A DNA stretch of 64,000 bases, from positions 81,778,001 to 81,842,000 of the forward strand of contig OZ024745.1 in NCBI GenBank assembly GCA_964016885.1, given 5' to 3'. The notes under the pieces are model-generated. The model had not been told where the DNA came from. It did not search any database and worked only from the letters and a program-made list of their open reading frames with translations. How positions within the stretch are numbered: the first letter of the stretch is position 1; every line of letters begins with the position of its first letter. Source of the DNA: Eledone cirrhosa (Eukaryota). Of this stretch, positions 12,446 through 25,223 are shown piece by piece. Made by a program: the position numbers and the translations under genes.

Positions 12446-15400
12446 AAATTTTTCTGGGTGGGAAATGACGATGGGATGGGTGGTGTAGGTATACTACTAG
12501 CTGACAGCTGGGTAGATAAAGTAATCTCAGTGTACAGGGTAAATGCAAGAATCATTAAACTCAGACTAGTCATGAATAAAACAATTACCACAATAATATC
12601 AGCTAATGCACTCCAATCGGAGTTGCCAGACGAACTTAAGGATATATTTTACGAGTCCCTAATGCACACTACTGCTCTAACAAACGACAATGACTTCCTA
12701 ATCATCGCAGGAGATTTTAACGGACACGTAGGTAAACACTGTAACGGCTTCAATAGAGTCCATGGAGGCCATGGGGTTGGCACAAGAAATGAAGAAGGAT
12801 TCAGACTTCTAGAATTCTGCGACGCCAATGACATGTCGTTATGTAACACAAACTTCAAAAAACCTGACAACCACCTGATCACCTATAGATCAGGGGAGCA
12901 TTCTAGTCAGATAGATTTTATCCTCATCAGAGGACGTGACAGATGGACGGTCGTAAACACAAAAGCCTTCCCTAGTGAGGAATGTACCTCCCAACATAGC
13001 TTAGTTGTCAGCGACCTCACGGTCAGAACCAGACGAACCTGGAGAAGAAAGATCTGGAAGCTGAAAGACCCCTCAGCCAGTAACAGATTTAAAGATATTT
13101 TACTCAACGCCTACAACACTAGAGAAGAACAGATAGAGACATTCAATGTAGAAGAGCACTGGGAGTTCCTAAAATATAACTTACTAGAGGCGACGGATGA
13201 GGTCTGTGGCTGGAGTAAGACCACAAGCAGGAGGAGAGTGACTTAGTGGTGGAACAATAAGGTAGATGAGGCAGTTAAGGCAAAGAGACAGGCATGGAAA
13301 GAATGGAAGAACGGGGGGAGCAGCGTACATTACATAGAGACCAAGAGGGAAGCTAGGCGACAAGTATACTTAGCTAGGAGGGAAGCAGAGGATAGAAAAT
13401 TCAAGCATGTTTTGCAACGAGAAGACCAGAAACAGGAGGTGTTCAAGATTGCGAAGCAGTGTGTCGGAGAGAATTGTGATGTCATTGGAGAGAAGTGTAT
13501 CTGGAATGATAAAGGTGAGCTTGCCCTCACAAGTGCTGAGAAGAAAGATGCATGGAAGAGTCATTATGATAGATTACTAAATGAGGAGAATGCATGGGAA
13601 GAAGAGACCCTACCCCAAGTAGACCCTGTAGAGGGGCCAGCAGTACAAGTCAGCAGCAGCGTAGTAAGTAAGGCAATCAAAGATATGAAGATGGGGAAGG
13701 CAACCGGTCCATTGGGTATAGCTGCCAAGATGTTGAAGGCATCTGGGTCTGTAGGTCACACTATAACCACATGTATTGTAAACCAGGTAATATTAGAAGG
13801 TGTCATACCAAAAGATTGGTGCAGTAGCATCATTGTCAACTGCTACAAAGGTAAAAGTGATGCACTCGATAGAGGAAAATATAGAGGTATAAAGCTGATG
13901 GACCAGGTCATGAAAGTAACAGAAAGAGTTATAGCACAGTTGATTAGGGACCGGGTGAAACTAGATGAGATGCAATTTGGGTTTGTACCAGGAAGAGGCA
14001 CCACTGATGCCCTCTTCCTTGTGAGGCAGTTACAGGAAAAGTACCTAGCTAAAAGGAAGCCACTCTACCTGGCATTCGTCGCTCTCGAGAAAGCCTTTGA
14101 CAGAGTTCCACATGCTGTAATGTGGTGGGCTCTTAGAAAACTAGGAGTAGATGAATGGCTTGTGAAAGCTGTACAAGCCATGTATAGGGGACCAGTCAGC
14201 AAAGTTAGGATTAGAAATGAGTATAGCGAGGAATTTAGCGTACAGGTTGGTGTCCACCAGGGCTCTGTTCTTAGCTCTCCCCTGTTCATCATAGTCCTGC
14301 AGGCAATAACGGAGGAGTTTAAGACCGGATGCCCATGAGAACTCCTGTATGCTGATGACCTCGCACTTATAGCTAAATTTATGGTAGAACTAGTGAAGAA
14401 ATTCCAAACTTGGAAGCAGGGACTAGAAAGAAAGGGTCCCAAAATCAACATGACAAAGACTAAGGTCCTTGTAAGTAGACGAGAAAACAGAACCCAGATC
14501 CCCTCAGGGAAATGGCCTTGCTCAGTATGTAGGAAAGGTGTAGGTAGGAACTCCATTCTCTGCCCCAAATGCAAACAATGGGTACACAAGAGATGTAGTG
14601 GGATCTTAGGAAGCTTAATTAAGAATGTAGGCTTCACATGCAGCAGCTGCACTGGGACAGCAAGCAGCAGACAGCCACAGGAAACAAGTACCACCAATCT
14701 CTGGGAGGGCTCTGTAGAGACAGTAGACAGCTTCTGCTACCTAGGTGACCAAATTAGCAGCAGAGGTGGGTGTTCAGAAAGTACAATAACTAGGGTAAGA
14801 TCGGGATGGAAGAAGTTTAGGGAACTACTGCCACTGCTAGCTGCAAAAGGCTTCTCCCTCAAAATGAAAGGCAGACTGTATGATGCGTGTATCCGAACAG
14901 CAATGTTACATGGTAGTGAGACCTGGGCACTGAAGGTGGAAGACTTACGTAGATTAGAGAGAAACGAAGCCTGCATGCTCCGATGGATGTGTAATAGTAA
15001 TATACGCGACCGACAAAGCATAAATGAATTGAGAGAGAGACTGAGCATAAGAGGAATCAAATGCTGTGTGCAGGAGAGGCGGTTGCGTTGGTATGGACAT
15101 GTGATGCGTATGAAGGATGACAGCTGCATAAAAAGATGCAGAGCACTAGAAGTCGATGGAAACCGTGAAGTGGGGAGACCCAAGATGACCTGGGATGAGG
15201 TGATAAAAGCCGACCTTACCCAATTACACCTCTCAAAGGCGATGACACACGACCGTGACCTCTGGCGTCGCGCAGTAATACAGAGTACCCGACCTCCCAT
15301 GGGTACAAGCTGAAGCATATAGACAATATGCCCCACACCCTCCCACTGCAAGGTGGTCGTGGAGGTGCCACGGCAAAAAAGCACCCAGCCCACACTGTAA

Positions 15401-15610
15401 AGTGGACGTGCAGGCGCCACGAAAAAGCACCCAGCACTCACTGTAAATGAGGTTGGTGTTAGGAAGGGCATCCAGCTGTAGAAATCAAGCCAAATCAGTT
15501 CCTGTATGAGCAAGGCATGGTCAGCCGACCAGACACTGCCCACAACAGGACAGCCCGTCTAACCCATCCTAGCGAGGAAGAACGGACGTAAAACGGTGAT
15601 GATGATGATG
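12446..15610 (+). mobile_element. RTE-clade LINE subfamily B, 5'-truncated, two nonsense codons, (GAT)n tail
   Basis: ORFs 12458-13246, 13412-14338 and 14381-15313 are one frame broken by TAG and TGA at Trp codons; APE + RT (LLYADD) + PHD-like insert; AFVDLEK->AFVALEK. Confidence 0.96.
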
Positions 15611-16319
15611 AATTGCACCTCTAGAATTCTCTTCTGGCATTCCTGATCACTGCAATTTACAAAGATTCATAAGCAACACTAACTGCCTCTCTCTCTCTCT
15701 CATACATTTTAGTGGCTTTATTGCCTTGCTCTGGGTGATAAAATACGAAAAAAAGCTCATTTGAAAATATCTATAATTTAATCCCTCCTTCAAACTTCCT
15801 TTCTATTTTTTTTTTTTAAAGATGCTTTTATATTTTTCTGAAACTATCAAATGAACATGATTATAAGTCAATTTTCCAATCCATTGGTATGCTTAAAACT
15901 ACTTGAAATTCTTTTTCGTGAAAAATCAGGAAATATTTTCTTGCCAAGCCCTGTTGTTTTTATATTGTCACCATTTAAAATTGTTTTTAAACTGTTTTAC
16001 AATGAACTTTGAATCTTTAAAAAAATTTTACAGAAAAACGTTGCTTCACATCATAATGGTGGATTTTTAAAACTTTTACAGTTGTTTGAAATTGAATATT
16101 TAGTCAATTATAAAAGTCTGTTTATTAACCTGCCTGAGACTGTCTCTGTCCTCTGATAGAAAACTGTTCTCCATTAGTTTCTTCGTTACCACATTTCTAA
16201 CAAAATACACTGCCTAAGTTTTAATTAATTTTGTTGCAACAGCAATAACAGACACTAGATTAATAAATTTAAAATGCTTGGCATTTTACTAAATCCCTTT
16301 TTTTTTCATTGTCGTCATG

Positions 16320-16490
16320 CGGTAGTGGAATCATTTAATTAAAGCTCTTTGCATTCTGTGTTCAAATTCCACTACGGTCAACTTTACGTTTCATCTTCGC
16401 TGGGGTAAAAGTCCAGTTGCGTATTGGGGGCCAATTAAATCCCCCCTCCCCCCAACCGCCATCATGTCCATGTGCCTATGTTAGAAAAAA
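16320..16490 (+). mobile_element. SINE family 2, degenerate
   Basis: gttcaaattcc...ggtcaacttt...tcatc...tgtgcctatgttagaaa. Confidence 0.6.
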
Positions 16491-17721
16491 AAAATGTTAA
16501 TATTATCAGAAATAATCAAACAATTATTAATATCAGAATTAACGAAATCTTGGGCAATATATTTTTGATACAAATGAGGCCAGGTAAAGGATAATGGAGA
16601 AATCACTTGAGTGATTTCCACATTAGGTCATTTGGCTGGACTGAACTGAACTGTTAAGATTTTATTTCCTGTCACTGAACTGTAATCTATTCCTAAGCCT
16701 GCACCTTTCATATCCTGCTCTATATATTTTTTCAGACTTGAGCTGCTGTTGAAGTTATGCCAATCCTACTTGTTGAAATATGCTGATGAATAGTGGATTA
16801 TTTTAAACAACATAGTTGTATTTTATTTTTAAAATATATACAGGTTGTAAGTCTGTCTTTAGCTGTAGGCAGCATGTTATGTCCTTGGTAAAGTCATTTA
16901 ACTGAAGCAAGCTTTTTTAGAAACTTGGATTAAAATTTTGAAATCAATTTTTATCTCTGAAGGGAGTCAATATATAAATTATATATCTATTTCAAGGCAC
17001 TAATATTTATAGACGCTGACTGGTGTGTTGCTAATCTGTTTGAGTAGAGATAGGTTGCTAATCTAGCAGGTGGTAGGTTGTTCTAGGGCTAATTTCTCTT
17101 GGCAGCTGATGGTTATGTTGCTAATCCTTTGGGGAGGAGTTGGTGGATGAGGCCTGCAACATGGCTTTTGTCCAGATTCTGTCAGCACAACTGGTAGATT
17201 TTATTACCTCACCAAAGATTATTCACCTTCTACTTTTTACAACAATGTAGCTGCCAAATATTCCTCATTTTTATTGTATGTTTTAAATTTTATGATGGTA
17301 TCCTGTCCAACAGTAAAGACAAAATGTCCTTGATTTTATCTGTGCTATTATAAGCTTAATTAAGCAAAGTTAACTGACATTTTTTTTTTTTTGTTCACCC
17401 TAAAATGCAAAAGAAAAGAGGAAAAGACAGAAAATATAACTCAAGGAGAGAGATGATTGTTGCTTTTGAACTTTTGCAAATTGTAGTGGTCAGGAAAACA
17501 AGAAGCTAGAAGAGAATTCCATAGGCAGGATGTGTAAGGGGTGAAAACTATCAGAATAGAAATTGCATTTAAGAATTTCAACTGTAAATGACCTAATCAT
17601 CAATCTGGTCCTCCATTTAAATTACTGTAACGATAGTGATGGATACAAAATGATTTATTCAAAAGTAATTCTTGTTATCATCTTGTCTATATTTCCTTAG
17701 TTTATGTTTATATGTTTATAT

Positions 17722-18046
17722 GGAGGCACATGGCTTAGTGGTTAGAGCATTGGCTTTGCAATCGAAAGGTTGTGAGTTCAATTCTCAGACTGGGTGATGT
17801 GTTGTTTCCTTGAGCAAGACACTTTATTTCACATTGCTCCAGTTTACTCACCTGTAGAAATGAGATTATAAGACTGGGGCCCCTATCATTCCACTGCAAA
17901 GTGGTTGTGGAAGTGCCATGGCAAAAAAGCACCCAGCACCCACAGGTTGGTGTTAGGAAGGGCATCCAGCTGTAAAAATCAAGCCGGAACCAGTTCCCGT
18001 CCCACTGTTGCAAGCAGGGAGAAGCGGACGTAAAATGATGATGATG
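17722..18046 (+). mobile_element. SINE family 1, full length: tRNA-like head, conserved core, RTE-B-derived tail
   Basis: A box tggcttagtgg, B box gagttcaatt, ccttgagcaagacact core, tail matching 15340-15610, (TGA)n end. Confidence 0.9.
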
Positions 18047-18767
18047 TAGTGTTATAATTTTCTCTTCATCTCCCATGGTGCAGGAGTCTTTTGGGTTGGC
18101 ATTTTTATAGACTTTTTCATATTTCCTATAACATGGTATTTGTTATCACCTGAGAAAAATATCAATTCTGTTTCATTAATATTTTTGTATAGTTTTTGAT
18201 AAGAGAAATTCTTTTCTCTGTATGTACTTTCCTCATAATGACATGTACTATATGAACCTCATTAGCAAGGCGTACTTAAAAAGTACAAAACAGGACTTAA
18301 ACACAATGATCTGCCCACTAGTAAAGTTACTTTAAAAACTTGAATTAAAAAACCTGTCTTTAGGTATTTTCTGTTAAATCATTACAGGATATTAATAACT
18401 GTTTTGTGAAAACATCCATCTCAGTAACATTTCTTATCTGATATCTTAGCAGGCACTGCTTGTGCCAAATTGATCTGAGATTTAATCAGTGTGCTAAGAT
18501 AGTGAAATTGGGAAGTTTTTAGTTAGTTATATTAGAAATAGTTTGGGCTGTATAAGAGAGAGTATTTTCTATTTGAGATATTGGAATACAGCTCAGTTGT
18601 TTATTGGGGCTTATTTACTTGAGAAAGGTATTAAACTGTTAGGTGAGAAATGTCCTTTTAACACAAGTGATAGAAGTGAACTGCAAATTTGGCTTGGTTA
18701 ATGTTATTTCTCTTCAGTGAAAGTATTTGAAATAACCCAAACTGTATGGTGGAATGGTTTGAGTTCA

Positions 18768-18987
<220 letters not shown>

Positions 18988-19399
18988 ATCTCAGCTTATA
19001 TTTCTTACAATAAATGGCAATATAATAAAATCTCTGCACAATTCTACAGGTTTAATAACTAAAATGTTTGTCTATAGCCCTCATTCCATCTCTCTTGCAA
19101 TCATAAGTTAAAAACCAATAGTATCAACAGTATCACCACATTAAACACCTAAGCAGAAATTACTTTTAGGCATTGTAAATCAATAATGGTTTATTGATGG
19201 TGGTAGTCTTTGATTTAGTGAAAACATTGTGAAAAAGTTGATCATCTCAAAAGGTGCAATCTGTTGATGGCAACAAGCTTAATATGATTGGGAAGATAAG
19301 TCTAAACATTGAAGTAAGCAATTGCTAGCTAGAAACAAAAGTTTTTCTCGTCCATGAAATATCTGACTGACACCAGAAGTGTCAAAATTTCAAACACTT

Positions 19400-20505
19400 T
19401 GAGGTTGGACTGAAATGTTCTTAGGCTGACTATGAACCAGAGCTGAGAAATCTTGCATGCATTAATTTCAACTCTTCACTAACATCTGACTGTTCAACGA
19501 AGACTTCAAAAGTAACTAGTAACAACTTCTCTTCAAAAGAGGATTCATACTGACATGGTTGCTACATTAGGGGATGATGCTCCAGCTTTATCAACAGTGC
19601 AAAAGTGGGCACTTGCATTTAGGTGGGGAAGGGAAAGTCTGGAAGATGACCGAAGGTCTAGACATCCTGCAACTGCCACCATGGAGAAAAACATTGATAG
19701 TGTTCACCACATGGTGATGGATGACAGGCAATTGACTATAAATCAATTAGTGAATGCTATTAGTATACCCCATGAGAGAGTTGAGAATATTCTGCACAAT
19801 GAACTTGACATGATGAAGATTTCAGCTCAGTGGGTGCCACATCATGTGAAAATCTGACATTGTTTGTGGCAGACTCAGCTGGTTTCCTAACCTAGGATAA
19901 GTATTGCTTTCATCACTTTGAGCCAGAAACAAAGAGACAATCCATGCAATGGAAACATTTCTCCTCGCCTGCTCTAAAGAAAGCCAAAATTATTTCATCT
20001 GCAGAGAAAGTGATGACCTTAGTTTTTGCGGATACAAAAAGCCTTGTATTTATTGACTATCTGCAAAAGGGCCACACCAGCAATGGAGAATACTATGCCA
20101 ACTGGCTGAGGCAGTTATGAAAGGTTATCAAGACCAAACACCATGGACAACTGACAAATGAGGTCTTGTTTCATCAGGACAGTGCTCCAGCACACAAGTC
20201 CTTGATTTCAATGTCTGTTCTGCATGACTGGTTTTAAACTGGTTGATCACCCTCCTTATCCACCTGATTTGGCCCTATCTGAGAAAACACTTGGGTGGGA
20301 ACCAGCTTGCAACAATGATGACATTATGCCTGCTGTTGAAGACTTTTTTTACCAACAGGGTAAAAGCTTCTTCACCAATGGAATCCAATACCGAATGAAG
20401 AAGTGTGTGGGCCGCAATGAAGGCTATATTAAAAAATAAACCTCATTTGGTACATATTCCATGAGAGTACCTTGGTCAGCCTATGAACTTTTCCACTGAC
20501 CCTCA
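19400..20505 (+). mobile_element. Decayed mariner (Tc1/mariner) DNA transposon
   Basis: HTH region STVQKW...LEDDRRS, WVPH, HQDSAPAH, HPPYPPDLA motifs; imperfect TIRs (tgagg...aa.gttc.taggctgac / gtcagcctatgaactttt...cctca); stops and frameshifts. Confidence 0.9.
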
Positions 20506-22143
20506 TAGACAGAGATATAAACAGTTACATTTGAGTGTCTGCTCGATTTATTGATCCAAAATTTAATAGCATACTTTGACATACCTTCAAAACTTTGAAA
20601 TTTCTTTAAGTTTAGGAATTTCTGTGGAGCCAATATCCATATGTTGCTCTACATGGAATTGCTCTCCTGAAGACAGAATTCATTAATAAAAGCTAGTTGA
20701 GGGAATAATTACACCTTGAAAGTCACCATGGCATTTTGAAGTTATTCTAGTGGCAAAAGATGTTTATAGTTGACTATGACTGCTATTAATAGATACATAC
20801 AATGAGAAGTGTTTCCTGAACTACTCGTTAGTGATATTTTAAGTCAAATTCATGGAAATCATAACATTAGTACTGCTGACATTCATTTTGCATACTATCA
20901 AATGTCCTTGTCCCGTTGCCTTGGTAGGAGCAATAATTTACAGCTGTCAAAGTAAATAATGAATTATTCCAATTTACATGATTAGTAAAAGTCAGCACTC
21001 TATTTCTAACTCTAAAAGGCAGAATAATGAGATAAATTAAGGACTTAAATAAGGGCAGCTATTTAGATATGCAGAGAAAAATAAAGCATCCATGATAAAA
21101 GTTTACAACCTTTTCCATCAATTGGACAAAATGAGTGTTATACGGGTGTGATATGAAAAACTACTCAGTTATTTTGAATTGAAAAGAAAAAAAAGTTCAG
21201 TAAAAAAAAAAAAATGGGACGCAGACTCCTCAGTCATTTAAAATAATAAATGATACATTTGAGTGTGTGTATGTATGCATGTTTGTGCCGATGTATGTCA
21301 CCGAAAAATGGATTTGTTTTTCAAAATCTGTGTCCTAAGGTTTTTGGGCAGATGAAGTTTTTTTTATTCCAAAAAGAATTAAAAAAAAAAAAAAAGTAGG
21401 AAATAGTAATATTATCAGTTACTGTTGCTGGAACAATTTAAGCAGCCTGGTTTTTATTGATAATCTCATACTTTTCTTCAATGTGACCTTATTATTCCAT
21501 CCATCCATGCTGTCAGTAGAGGCAGTCTTTTTGCTATGAGACAGAGAGTTGTCCTCACCGAAGTCACCTGATGTTTATGTGAAGACTTTGTTAAAGTACA
21601 CAACAAGCCACTGATACCACTTCAACATTCAGCACCACTGAGTAAATTTCCATAGAAACCATGTTGGTGATGATTGATGATTCATATTTGAGGAATAAAT
21701 GAGAGATGAGGCATGGGGAAGACATGGTCTGACATGGAAGAAAAGAAATTGTAAGAAAGGCATTCTATGGTAAAAATTTCCCAGTAATGATAGTTGTTTC
21801 TGCTAGTATTAGATGATATTGAGTTTTAAACATTATATTAGCTCACAGCATAATGTTTAACTTTCCACATCATTCTATGGTAGAAAATTCAGTTAATTTT
21901 GATCCCTAATTTTCTGATATTTATAAAATCCACTTCCTGTGTATCCCATGGAAAGTGTACCTTAAACATGTTTGATTATCAAAAGAGATCCATAAATTGA
22001 AAGGGTTAAAATACTTTCTCACCATCATGCCCTAATTCAATTTGCAACAGGGAGGTGTGATGTAATCAATAAGCTATTTATTTAGAATCCCTGTATCAGA
22101 AACTCAAGATAACACACTAACTTTTTACTATGCTATCATCTCT

Positions 22144-22346
22144 TTAACCCTTTAGCCTCTACATTACTCTATACATACTATGGTACTTTTTGTGGTAAAG
22201 GCTTTACCTCACATAATATTGAATCTATGAGATGTTGATATTTATTTTGGGAACAATACTTGACGTCAGTATGAGTGGCCAGTTTGAACAGAATGCGATG
22301 AGAGAATTCTGATTGTATACAGCCAGTTTAAATGCTAAAGGGTTAA
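22144..22346. mobile_element. piggyBac-type MITE
   Basis: TTAA CCCTTTAGC ... GCTAAAGGG TTAA. Confidence 0.9.
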
Positions 22347-22824
22347 GCAAATACAACTACTCATTCAGTAATGGTGTTAACAAAGTATGGAAACACCATA
22401 ATTAGTGCTCTACTATAATGTCAATAAACAATCCTAACCAAACCCCACCAAAGCAGCCTGTCTTTGTGAATTATTCTATTGTTTTCCTCATGAATTAGTA
22501 ACTTCCTCATATATATTTTTTAATAATGTGGAGAGTGTAACATGAAGATTGGATATTCTGTCTTATATTATCAATAAATTACAATGCGAGATTAAAGAAT
22601 ACCATGTACATACATATGTACTGGCTTATAGTAGAGTTGCTTATTATTATAATAGATAAATAAAAGGACCTTCTCAATCAACAACTTCTAAAGTGTAAAA
22701 TGCCAGTCTGTGTATTAGGCTTTGTCATTCTGTTCATGTCTGTCTGTCCATCTGTGCCAGTCTATGCCCGGCTGTCAGTCTGTTGTCCATCTGTGTTAGT
22801 CTCTCTTCCTCTGCTTCCTTTCAC

Positions 22825-23125
22825 CTTTCCATCACTCCTCTTACCCAGACATTTTCATCCTTCCTAAACATATGACCCAACCACCTCATTCCATTTTTCT
22901 ACACTTCATTCGTCAGTGGCTCTATTCCTCTCACCCAGTTCCTTTCAACCTTCCTCAACACACAACCCAGCCATCTCATTCTACTTCACTTCAGAATATT
23001 CATCACTACTTCTACTTCTCTCACCCAGTCATTTTTATCCTTCAACACATGACCCAACCATCTCATTCCATTTCTCTTCATAGTATTCATCACTCGCTCT
23101 ATTCCTCTCACTCAGTCACTTAAAT
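22825..23125. repeat. Degenerate ~90-bp tandem repeat, about 3 units
   Basis: Recurring tcctctcacccagt...acatgacccaaccatctcattcc. Confidence 0.75.
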
Positions 23126-24189
23126 AGTTTTATAATATAAACACTGTTAATTCTGCTCTCTTTATCTTATGGAAGTTAAACAACTCAAATGATAGATCAG
23201 CATTGATGGCTGTGCTGTTTATTTTGTTCTCTCTTAAATCCATACCGTTTATTTTCTGTACTATTTGGATTTGAATTAGCTGTTTGTCACACATTCTTAA
23301 AAAATAAACAACTTTTAACTATTGATCAAAACTGAATTTTAGAACGAAGTATAATGGAGTTAAGTAACCACAGTTTGTAATATTCTGTTTGAAAAAATAA
23401 GATCTTCCAACTTAGTTAACATATCTTTACTTAACATGTGCTTTAGGGTGTTCTATTTTGCAAACTATTCACCAATCGTCTTGGGTCGATTATGTCCATA
23501 TCTGAATTGATTAAATAATGAAGTATGCTGAATTATAGGTCCATAATTTTATCAGAAACAAATTTTTCTAGATATCTTGACTCACATAGTGTAAGCTTAC
23601 ATTGTTCTTTGAACAGAACTATCTTGATCACATACATGGCCTTAGCCATCCAATGAGCCTGACGGTAATCTCCTGAGACCGAGAAGAACTGGGGAGATGG
23701 CCAACTACCAAGATAGAAAGGAGAGCTTTATGAACTTGGCATAGTCATCTTGGGGATGAACTCCAGAGAGCAGTACAGTCAGTAAATATTCAAACATCTC
23801 CTCCCTCTTTTGCTTATAAAAATCTATATTTATGGTTAATTTCTTTTACATTTAAGATCCTATAAACGGCAGAAATGTCTCCTCTATGTATACAGTTGAA
23901 AGCGGACAAAAAATGCAACCTGGCTATAATCAACAAGTGTTGAAGTAAATTTGTTGCATATTTTTGGCATAACATTCAAAAAGCACCTAACTGTCAACCC
24001 CTAAATATATTTGTATCTCCTTGTATTTTCACCTTTGTAGCTTTTATGTGAAATGGATTCAGAGCACAATTGACATGAGATGATTCCAACAAAAGATAAA
24101 TTTTCTTCAGGAATCTACTGCATCTAACTAGCATTTATTTCTAAATGGATCCTATCTAGTTTCTTCATGGTATCTCTCACTTTTACAAG

Positions 24190-24340
24190 CCTATAGGTAT
24201 GAAGGTAGACCAGTTATTTTAATGGATGTATAGGTGTGAAGGTAGACCACCAGTTATTTTAATGGCAGTATATGTTTGATGGTAGATCAGTTATTTTAAT
24301 GGCAATATAAGTATAAAAGGTCGACAAGTTATTTTAATGA
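24190..24340. repeat. ~38-bp tandem repeat, about 4 units
   Basis: Recurring tata(g)gt.tgaaggtagaccagttattttaatgg. Confidence 0.8.
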
Positions 24341-24752
24341 TAATCCACAAACCATTTATTTATTGTCTTTCATCAAATTAACAACTTTCACCTTTTAAAT
24401 CTCCCTTACTCTCGTATTATAAGTTACCCCTTTTAAAACCTTTCGTTCAAAAGACACTTTCAGCAGCCATCATTATCATTTGTTGGCCTGGCATATTTCT
24501 GTGACATTGGTTAGATGCTTGTATAGCACAGCTTGGCTCTTGTTTTAATTCTGTATCATCTAGCCTGAGAGGCTCAGTGCCCTCACATATGACCACCACT
24601 CCAGTTCCTATTTGCCTTTAGCATTTCTACAACAATGGTATATATATATATATATATATTTCTTTGTCAAGATTCTTGATGTGAAATCATGTGTTGAAAC
24701 CGATATTGCTATATTTGGGGATGGTCATGTTGTCAATATTGCCAATAGGAAC

Positions 24753-24978
24753 GGCGGTGGATTGGCAGTATCGATGAAGTGTCGGACAACATGCTTTATG
24801 GTATAGTTACGGACCTTTATGCACTGAGTTCAAATCCTGCTGAGCTAAGCTTTTGCTGTTCATCCTTATGAGGTCGATAAAATAAAAATACCAGTAATGC
24901 ACTTGGGTCGATTTAATTGCCCCCACCACCACCACACACACACACACACACATTGCTAGCCTTGTTTAAATCAGAAAC
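24753..24978 (+). mobile_element. SINE family 2, full copy with 15-bp TSD
   Basis: TSD caatattgccaatag at 24734-48 and 24979-93; gagttcaaatcc B box; ggtcgataaaataa core. Confidence 0.88.
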
Positions 24979-25223
24979 CAATATTGCCAATAGAAACACA
25001 TGCACCGTATAATTTTCATTTTATATTTATTGTTCGTTATTCATTTGTTTATCAAAGTTCTTTTGCAACACATTCTGTGACCTCCTCATTGATTATGTTT
25101 TGTGCCTCTTTTTCTCTGGTTCTACTCCATCTTGTCTTTGTTTTGTGGTGCATTTTTTGTGTTTGCCATGTCTATGTGTGTTTGTATCGTTTGCTGTCTG
25201 TGTCTTTATTCTGTCTTCAGTCA

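Noticed and set aside
13244-14338. Both RTE-B stops are Trp codons (TAG, TGA) that A-to-I editing could in principle restore
   Set aside because: TGG-to-stop transitions are the commonest nonsense route. The copy is 5'-truncated and has lost an RT catalytic Asp (AFVALEK), so rescue would not give an active protein.
14065-15543. Long antisense ORFs (210 and 268 aa) and similar ones at 326-951, 3265-3990, 41735-42460
   Set aside because: Shadow frames of the RTE coding strand with no recognisable motifs.
17722-17795. tRNA-like sequence with A and B boxes
   Set aside because: It is the head of a repeated SINE with no clean acceptor stem, not a tRNA gene.
24190-24340. Regularly spaced ~38-bp repeats resembling a CRISPR array
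   Set aside because: No unique spacers, degenerate tandem units, eukaryotic intron, no cas genes.
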